A DNA stretch of 64,000 nt, taken from the IMG/VR virus record IMGVR_UViG_3300017971_000007. One strand, 5' to 3'. The notes under the pieces were generated by a model, which saw only the letters and a program-made list of their open reading frames with translations, made no database searches and was not told the DNA's origin. The position numbers were made by a program, and so were the translations under genes. The stretch comes from a virus. The stretch's first letter is position 1, and every line of letters begins with the position of its first letter. This document shows positions 48,005 through 56,700 of the stretch, piece after piece.

Positions 48005-49897
48005 ATGTCATTATTGGGTGAATCGTACAGCAGGTCTCCGGTAAGAGGGCGAGTTACTGGTTCAGTAAGAGGGGTCGCTTACCCAAGTCCGTTCTTTGAT
48101 ATAGGCCAAACCTATATGCCGTCGTCCATCAAAGAGATGTTTAGATGGTGCAGGCATTATTTTCTTACGCATCCAATTATAAATACAATCGCTTTCAAAT
48201 TAAGCCAATATATAATAACTGATATAGTGTATATGACGGAAAATCTGAAACTCAAGGGGATGTGGTCCGAGTTTTTAGAAGAAAAGCTCAGATACAGAAT
48301 ATTCCAACTTGAGTCGGGTTTAGACTACAACGTATACGGAAATTGTATTGTCAGTATATTTTTTCCGTTCATTAAAATGCTGAGATGTAAGAAATGTAAC
48401 TTCACTTCCGAGGCAAAGAGTTCCAAATATTACTTCAAAAATTTTGAATTCATGTGGAAGTGTCCGTCATGCGGATTCCACGGCCCAGCTTCAGCTAGTG
48501 ATTATCATATTAGGAAGGCCGACGGGATCAGACTCATTAGATGGAACCCAGAAAACATAGATATTACGTACAATGAAATAAATGGCTCTACTACGTACTT
48601 CTATAGAATGCCGCTACAGACAAAAAACGACATTATTATGGGAAAGAAGAGCGTGGTGGAGGAAGTACCACAGCTTTACATTGAGTCCTTAAAAAGAAAA
48701 AAGGCTATCGTCTTTTCAAACGACAATCTCTTTCACTTCAAACGAGGAACCCTGGCCGGGAAGGATAGAGGATGGGGTACTCCAGCTCCATTACCAGTTC
48801 TGAAAGATGTCTACTATCTCCAAATACTAAAAAAGAGTCAGGAGTCAATCGCCTTAGAGCATATAGTTCCTCTTCGCACGATATTCCCTCAGGCAAGTTC
48901 AGGGCTCGCGGACCCATTCAAAAACGTGAATCTTGTTGATTGGAGAGACCAGATTCATGACGAGGTGAATCGTTGGAGATTTGATAACAACTACATGCCG
49001 ATTCTCAGCTTCCCCATAGGGACCCAAAGTATAGGAGGGGACGGGAGAGCTCTCCTTCTCGGACAAGAAATAAGAGTTTGGCTGGAACAAATAGCTATAG
49101 GAATGGGAGTGCCGACAGAGCTGATATTTGGCGGTCTATCTTATTCCGGCAGCAATGTATCTCTTAGGATGTTAGAGAATAGCTTTATCACCAACATCCT
49201 AGAGCACGTGAGCATGCTCAACTGGTGCATCAGAAGAATCGGGACGTATATGAATTGGGAAATAGTTCAAGCTCGATTCAAACCATTTAAAATGGCTGAC
49301 GACCTACAAAGAAAAGCATATAACTTGCAGCTTAATCAACTCGGAAAGATATCATCTACTACCTTAATTGAGGACGCTGATTTTGATGCAGCTAGGGAGA
49401 ATGAGCTAATAGAAACAGAAACGAATGCAATGGCTGAAGCTCAAAAGAAATCCAGGCTGGCTCAAGCCAACATCGAAGGTGAAAGCCAGATGATAATGAT
49501 GAGATGGCAGTCAAAAGCCCAGGTCGAACAACAACAAATGATGTCACAGCAGGCTCCTGCTCCTGGAGAGCCCGGCGCAGAAGCAGAAGGAGTAACTCAA
49601 GAAGGAGGACAGATACCACAAGAAATGCAATCACCGTTGAACGCCGGTCAACAGCAGGCTGGAGGGAGTGCGAACTTTGACTTACTCTCCGAGGCCCAAA
49701 ACATCGCTTCCCAGTTAATTCAATTGGACGAGAATTCACAGACAGCCGCTCTTCAGAATATTTCTTCCCAAAGCCCTGAGTTTGGGCAGGTAGTAGAAAG
49801 TATGCTCGTTTCGATGAAACAAGAGACCTCGCCACAGGGTGCTCCGCTACCGGAACAGAAACCACCGCGGCGAGGTCCTGGATCCTCCTTAATCTAA
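48005..49897 (+). CDS. portal protein with zinc-ribbon insertion and Gln/Pro-rich C-terminal extension
   Basis: Portal-like pattern HPIINT, DYNVYGNC, FHFKR...GWGTP..PVLK, GMGVP.ELI.G..SYS; CKKC...CPSC insert. Confidence 0.75.
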   Translation: MSLLGESYSRSPVRGRVTGSVRGVAYPSPFFDIGQTYMPSSIKEMFRWCRHYFLTHPIINTIAFKLSQYIITDIVYMTENLKLKGMWSEFLEEKLRYRIFQLESGLDYNVYGNCIVSIFFPFIKMLRCKKCNFTSEAKSSKYYFKNFEFMWKCPSCGFHGPASASDYHIRKADGIRLIRWNPENIDITYNEINGSTTYFYRMPLQTKNDIIMGKKSVVEEVPQLYIESLKRKKAIVFSNDNLFHFKRGTLAGKDRGWGTPAPLPVLKDVYYLQILKKSQESIALEHIVPLRTIFPQASSGLADPFKNVNLVDWRDQIHDEVNRWRFDNNYMPILSFPIGTQSIGGDGRALLLGQEIRVWLEQIAIGMGVPTELIFGGLSYSGSNVSLRMLENSFITNILEHVSMLNWCIRRIGTYMNWEIVQARFKPFKMADDLQRKAYNLQLNQLGKISSTTLIEDADFDAARENELIETETNAMAEAQKKSRLAQANIEGESQMIMMRWQSKAQVEQQQMMSQQAPAPGEPGAEAEGVTQEGGQIPQEMQSPLNAGQQQAGGSANFDLLSEAQNIASQLIQLDENSQTAALQNISSQSPEFGQVVESMLVSMKQETSPQGAPLPEQKPPRRGPGSSLI

Positions 49898-50344
49898 GTC
49901 TATTCCTAGTCTTTCTTTGGATAATTCAGAATCGTCTTCTCCAATTCCATCGAAGACACAATCCCAACATCCGTAAAATCGACTAGGAATACCTTCGCAT
50001 GAGTGAACAATCCAGCTAGTTACATCCCGAACCAAGTCAAATTGCCCACTCTCAAACTCGAAATACCTTACTTCCTCCCTTAGTGGCGTCCCACAAAAGG
50101 AGCATTTTCCTGTCCTCCTACTATCTGCGTCGGATAGATCAAACAGATCTGAGCAACCAGAGCATATGAATTTTTGGTCTTCATCGTCATCAAAAGAATC
50201 CGGCTCGAAGACGATTGCCATTCCTCCGCGAATTCTTTTTGGAGTACCGACCCTAAGTAAAAATGCTTCTAGGCCTACACCGATTTGTCTGCCACAACAG
50301 ATGCAGTACGGAGAACTGTCTCCTGGTATGTCTGAGTTAATCAT
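49889..50344 (-). CDS. double zinc-finger protein
   Basis: CICC, CSGC, CSFC, CWDC: two similar halves. Confidence 0.65.
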   Translation of the reverse strand: MINSDIPGDSSPYCICCGRQIGVGLEAFLLRVGTPKRIRGGMAIVFEPDSFDDDEDQKFICSGCSDLFDLSDADSRRTGKCSFCGTPLREEVRYFEFESGQFDLVRDVTSWIVHSCEGIPSRFYGCWDCVFDGIGEDDSELSKERLGIDLD

Positions 50345-50362
50345 TACTAAAAAAAGCCACTA

Positions 50363-50397
50363 TCTCCTTGCAGCACTCGGTTAATGCTGCAAGGAGA
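50363..50397 (-). terminator. 13-bp perfect hairpin between two leftward genes (terminator/attenuator candidate)
   Basis: tctccttgcagca / tgctgcaaggaga with a 9-nt loop; on the minus strand a T7 run follows after a 7-nt gap. Confidence 0.5.
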
Positions 50398-50416
50398 CCG
50401 ACGAAGAACGCTATTT

Positions 50417-50566
50417 TCACTCCCCTCCGTCCTCGTCCTCGTCCTCCTTTCTCTCATCCTCATCCTGCGGATCCAACTGGCTTTCCAGCCAGTCTTCCGC
50501 ATCCCCCAGGCCTGACAACATGATTATCAGAAATGACAATGCTGTTCTCGTCTTTAGTTTCCTCAA
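50417..50566 (-). CDS. small acidic-tailed peptide
   Basis: TTG start at 50566 with AGGAG RBS, just downstream of the TTCGGTATAAG motif: MRKLKTRTALSFLIIMLSGLGDAEDWLESQLDPQDEDERKEDEDEDGGE. Confidence 0.5.
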   Translation of the reverse strand: MRKLKTRTALSFLIIMLSGLGDAEDWLESQLDPQDEDERKEDEDEDGGE

Positions 50567-50596
50567 TTTTCTTCTCCTAGTTACTGTTTCATTACT

Positions 50597-50624
50597 CTTA
50601 TACCGAAAACGATTCACTGTTTTG
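50597..50624 (-). promoter_or_regulatory. second copy of candidate promoter CAAAA-N12-TTCGGTATAAG
   Basis: Same motif as 44070-44096. Confidence 0.65.
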
Positions 50625-50651
50625 ACTGCACATAAGGCCGTTTGCTAATCT
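50622..50651 (+). promoter_or_regulatory. sigma70-like promoter candidate TTGACT-N18-TAATCT upstream of the RNAP gene
   Basis: Same architecture as 44102-44131, again back-to-back with the leftward motif. Confidence 0.4.
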
Positions 50652-50706
50652 TAGATTGAGACGAGGATCCCGGAGAAGGGCAACCGAGGGACCCAAAGGA
50701 GATACA

Positions 50707-53700
50707 ATGTCTAGACTAGCCCCAGAAGAAAACTTCGAAGCGTTAAAAGAAAAAGTATCAGAAACATTAAAAGGGATATTCCCTATAGAAGGGAAGAATC
50801 AGTCACTAAGGCTGGATGATGTTCTAATCAATGACGATAAAGATATCGATGATTTCAGAACACAGAAGGAGGCAAGACTGAATGGAAGGACGTGGTCCGT
50901 TCCGGTCAGCGCCTCTTTTTCGTTGATAGACAATGAGACCGGAAAAGTAATAAATACTAGGCGGCAGAAAATAATGAACCTGCCAAAAATCACAAGCAGG
51001 CACAGTTACATAGTCGATGGGCAGGAGTATCAAGTCGATAATCAATGGCGGTTGAAATATGGAGTGTATTCCAGAAAGAACGATAAGGGAGAAATAGAGT
51101 CGACGTTTCACACGAGAGGAGCTCCTGGATTTAAACTGAGATTTGATCCAGAATCCTCAAATTTTGTGATGAAGAAAGGAAATTCTGAATTTCCTGCATA
51201 CCCAATTCTCAGGGAGATGGGAGTATCTGACAGCAACATAGAGCAAATTTGGGGAAAGGAGATATTGGAGACAAACAGATCTACTGACCCTAAAAAAGCT
51301 CTTATGAGTTTCCATAGAGCCATTACTGGTACTAAAGCCCAGAATGTGGAGGAGGCGAGAGAGTATATCAAAGATTATATGGCAAAGACTGATATGGATG
51401 AGGATGTAAACAGGATAACTCTGGGAAGGAAGCAAAGTGTAGTTGACGGGAATCTGATGCTGGAGGCGAGCGGAAAGCTGCTGGGAATAAGTCGGGGGAC
51501 TAAGAAACCGGATGTAAGAGATTCTCTCATCTTTAAATCTTTCCACTCTACAGAAGATTTCATTTCCGAGGCCCTGACCAATAGATCTAGAGATATACTG
51601 AAAAAAATAAGAAATAATTTAGACAGAAAGCAGCAGGTAAAAGAAATAATCGGCACTGACTTATTCAACAAGCCCATAGCCCACGCATTCACAAAAACAT
51701 CTCTATCGAATCACGTCGATCAGACGAATCCTTTGGAGATGTTATCTGGAGCAATGAAGACAACGATAATGGGAGAGGGCGGAATAAAGGACGCTCATAA
51801 AATAACTGATGACGCGAAATTGGTCGATGAGTCTCATCTTGGATTCCTAGACCCAATCCATACTCCAGAATCTGATAGAAGCGGGATTACGTTGCACTTA
51901 CCGGTTGGGGCGTACAAGAAAGGAAATACTGTCGTAAATAAGCTTTACAACCTAAAAACCGGGAAGATGGAAGAGGTAGACCCAGAAAAAGCCTATAATT
52001 CGAAAATAGCTCTGCCAGACCAAGTTAAATGGGTGAAAGGGAAACCGGTTGCTCTGCATGACGAGGTAAAGATGAGCGGCCAGGAGAACGAGATTATAAC
52101 TGGATCGTTAAAAGATGCAGATTATGCTGTAACGTCCCCAGTTCAGCTGTTCTCCATCGCCTCGAACATGGTCCCATTTCTTCAAAACAATAGCGGGAAC
52201 AGAGCCACGTATGCCGGAAAGCAGATGGAGCAGGCCCTGTCCTTAAAGCATAGAGAAGAACCTCTAGTCCAGACAGCTATAGTCTCTGGAAGGCCTGAAT
52301 CCAGCTTAAATGAGTTTGTCGGAAGGATTAATTCCCAGAGATCTCCTATAAACGGGGAAATTGTGGAAGTAAAGAACGACGCGATTATTGTGAAGGGAGA
52401 GGATGGAAAGAATAGAGAAGTTCAAATCTATGACAATTTCCCTCTAAATGACGACAAATCATTTATGCACTCAGACCCGATTGTGAAGGTCGGAGACAAA
52501 GTAAAGAAGGGTCAGACGTTAGCTGATACGAATTTCTCGAAAAACGGGAAACTGGCGATAGGTACAAATTTAAAAGCCGCATATATCCCGTTCAAAGGTT
52601 ACAACTTCGAGGACGGGATAGTGATAAGTGAGTCCGCGGCCAAGAAACTCACTAGTGAGCATATGAAGAGAAAGTCCTTGGATGTGACTAGCGAGCATAT
52701 TCAAGACAAAAATAAATTTATAGCCTATGAGAGGGCAAATATAAATCAGGAACAGGCCGACAAGCTCAGTGACGACGGGATCATAAAAAAAGGAAGTCTT
52801 GTAATGCCTGGAGATACGCTAATAGCGGCTTTAAAGAAGAGGGAGGAAACAGACGAGGCTAGAATAAAAGCCAAGATGCACAAATCCCTGGTCAAGCCCT
52901 ACGATAACGTATCTGTGAAATGGGAAAGTGATTATCCGGGAGTAGTTACCGGAATCGTAAAAAAAGGTGGAAAGACTGAGGTCCATGTTAGGACGGAAGA
53001 GCCTGCTGAAATCGGAGACAAACTTTGTGGGAGGTCTGGGAACAAGGGCATTATCACAAGAATAATTCCAGACCATGAGATGCCGAAGACTAAAGATGGG
53101 GAGCATGTCGAAATAGCTCTTAACCCGACTGGTGTAGCAGGAAGAATAAATCTGGGGCAGATTCTGGAAACGGCTGCCGGAAAAATTGCTCAGAAGACAG
53201 GAAAGCCTTACACGGTTCAGAATTTCGATGGGACAGAGGATATGACAGAGAGGGTTTCCAGAGAGCTAAAAGCTCATGGCATAGAGGATAAGGAGGAATT
53301 AGTTGACCCCAAAACCGGAAAAGTTATGGGAAAGGCCTTAGTAGGTCCGCATTATATTCACAAACTAAAACACCAGGTAGAGAAAAAATTAGTAGCTAGA
53401 GCAGGAGGCCCTGGATATCTGTATGACATGAACAAGATTCCGAAGAGTGGTTCAAGACCCGGACTCGGAGCTCAGGCTATGGATGCCTTAGGCATGTACG
53501 CGATGTTAGCGCACGGAGCAAACGCTAATGTTAGGGAGATGGCCACTTATAAAAGTGATGCAGAGAATAATGATAGGCTTTGGTCTTCGATTCAAGCTGG
53601 GGATGTTCTCCCTCCTCCAAGACCATCATTTGCGTACAACAAGTTCATTGATTTGCTGAAAGTAGCTGGGGTAAACACCGTAAAAGAAGGAAACTCCCTG

Positions 53701-56700
53701 AATCTGGTTCCCATAACTGACAAGCAGATACTTGAGATGAGTAATGGGGAAATCAAAGATGCTGGGAGAATTGTAACGGCTAAGGACATTAAAGAGGAAA
53801 AAGGCGGTCTCCTGGATAAGCAAATAACTGGAGGGGTGAGTGGAACGAAATGGTCGCACATAACACTTCCGGAAAAAATGCCCAATCCTATCTTCGAAAA
53901 AAGCATCGTCTCCCTAACTGGAATTAAGGCTAAGGAATATGAAGACATCGTATATGGCAGAAAAGCTATCAATACCAAAACCGGGAAAATAGTTCCTCCA
54001 GAAGATGGAATATCCGGCGGTCCAGCCATAGAGCATCTTCTAAGCAAAGTAGACGTCGGAAAAGAGTTGGAGGCTGCAGAAAAACAACTGAACGACCCCA
54101 ACATGAGAGCGGACAAGCTAGACCCCATAAACAAGAAAGTAAAATATCTGAAATCGCTGAAACGGCTGGACATGAATCCGGTTGAGGCTTACATGACCAA
54201 GCATGTTCCAGTTCTTCCGCCGTCTATGAGACCTATCTCAGTTATGCAGGATGGAACCCTAATCCAAGATGATATGAATGGGGTTTATAAAGGTCTGGGC
54301 CTCGTAGTAAATAAATTCAAGGACGCTGACCCTAGCGTTCTCCCGCAGGAGGATATCAATAACAGACGAGGTTCCATATACGATGCTCTGAAGAGCGTGT
54401 CCGGGCTTGGCGGGTACATAAACAGAGAACATAAGGGAGTCCTAGATATCATAAGTGGTAAATCAGCATCCAAAGACAGTGACCTGAAAAGCGGAAGTCC
54501 TAGAGATTCGTATTTCCAAAGCAAGCTCATAAAAAGGAAACAGGACCTGTCTATGCGCTCCACAATCATTCCTGAGCCTGAATTAAGCCTGGACCAGGTA
54601 GGGATCCCCAGACAGGCGGCAATGGAAATCTACAAACCGTTTGTCATGAAAGAGATTAGAGGGATGACTGGTGTGTCCCCTCTTCAAGCCCAAAAACTGG
54701 TAGAGAAGGGAGATACTCTAGCAAACAGGGCGCTGGAAAGGGTTGTAGAGAATAGACCGCTTCTAATGAAAAGAGACCCAGTTCTTCACAAGTACGGGGT
54801 CCAGGCATTCAAGCCTATTCTCACTAGCGGAAAAGCGATAAAGATTCATCCGCTAGTGACATCAGGATTTAATGCAGATTTCGACGGGGATCAACAAATA
54901 AACACGGTATTCGCGTTAGTTCCTAGAGATATGTATAATCACGATTCTGGATTTTGGGGTGCACGGAAAGTAGGAATGAGCGCAAGATTTAAAGAGACTG
55001 TCGGATATCTAGAGTCCATGGATGGAGAATTCGCGGTCTGTAATTTGGAAGATTTCCCTAGAGAGAAGAAATTAAAATCCAAAGATCATATCGACTTCTG
55101 GACCGTACCCAATGGAATAAAGGTCGTGGCAATGGATGAGAGGACAAATCAACCTGTTTTGGCTGATGTCAGCGGATGGTCATTTCATAGGAAACGAAAG
55201 GTTCAGATTGTAGAGCTCGGCAGCGGCAGACAGATAATAACTGATGATGATGAGAGGGCTGTATATGGAATAGATGTATCTTCATTAAAATGGTGTAGGA
55301 AGAGACCTGATGAATCCAAGAATCAGTTTGTCCCGGTGCTGAGTAAGATCCCTGTTCCGGATGAGCTCATAACACGGATACCGCTTCCAGATTCTCCTCG
55401 TTTGAGAAAGGAAGCTCGTTTAGACGGGCAATTTGGATATTTTTTAGGAACAATGATTGGGAATGGATGGCCTGGAATCTCAAAAGGTGTTCCTAGAGAC
55501 GTCTGCTTTTCTACAGAATATGATTCCGTATATGATGCCTGGTTTGAGTCTCTCCTTTCTGTATTCAAGAAACACCCGAATATCTATTACAGGAGTACAA
55601 CCAGAGGTCAATTTAAAGGATCAGAGGGGTCTGAATCGCAAATTGTTTCCTGTGCCCCGCTAGCGGTTCTAATCAAGGAGTTGATAGGAAGTGGGGCAGA
55701 GAACAAACACCTTCCCCCATTCTATATCTCCGCTCCGAACATATTTATTAAGGGATTGTTAGCTGGTTTGTGGGATACCGATGGTTCTGTTTCCTGGTCC
55801 GAAGGAAAGAGAACTCCACAATTCATGTGTTCATATACATCAAAATCCATTCGACTGGTGCAGGAGATACAACAACTTCTAAGAATGCTAGAAATATCAT
55901 CAACAATTACCTCTACAGTAACGCCTGCTGGGGAGCCGTTTTGGGTACTAAATGTTTCGATTGTTGATTTCCATAGGTTTGGTGGATTCCCTCTTAAGAA
56001 TAGAAGGAAGAAAGAGATACAGGATGAATTTCTGAGGGAGAAGCAGCCAGATTCTTCTATGTCATATAGTCGTTACAGATTGGTTCCTGTCCCATCTGCT
56101 TTAGCAAATGAATTGAGGACTGTTCTTGGTTCGAGTTGCAGGACCTTATACGTTACTTTGTCGAAAGCTATAGAACGTCAGTATGTGTCAAAAGAGACTG
56201 CCGTGAGAATAATTAAGATAGTAGGGGAGAGATGCAGACATCCTTTATACTCTGAATGGAAATCCATCGTTCTTATGAATAACGTCCATTTTGAGAGAGT
56301 TAAGGGAGTCAAGAAAACGGAAATAAGAGAGGACGGATACGACCTTACTGTTCCTGGATACGAGACTTTCATGTCTCTAGACGGAGTAATTCTATCAAAT
56401 ACAATGTCTGCCTTCGTTCCTATCTCTTCCGAGGCCGTATCAGAGGCCGCAAAAATGTTCCCGTCTAGGAACTTGTTTAATCCGGCAACAGGGTCCCTGA
56501 TGTATAAACCCACACTAGAAAGTCAATTAGGACTGTACATGATGTCCAAAGACGGGGACATCAAAGACAAGTCTTTCAAGACCTTCCAGGAGGCCGCCGA
56601 TGCAGCTAAAAAAGGACAGATAGCTTTCACTGATGTAGTGAAGATAGGAAAGGATAAGACTACAGTCGGTAAGATGATGATAGCCAACTCTCTTCCTGAG

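Noticed and set aside
54892-56400. Group I intron rather than intein
   Set aside because: The insert is in frame with no stop, ends in ...TCAAAT rather than the terminal G of group I introns, and has protein-splicing block F/G features with Asn followed by +1 Thr.
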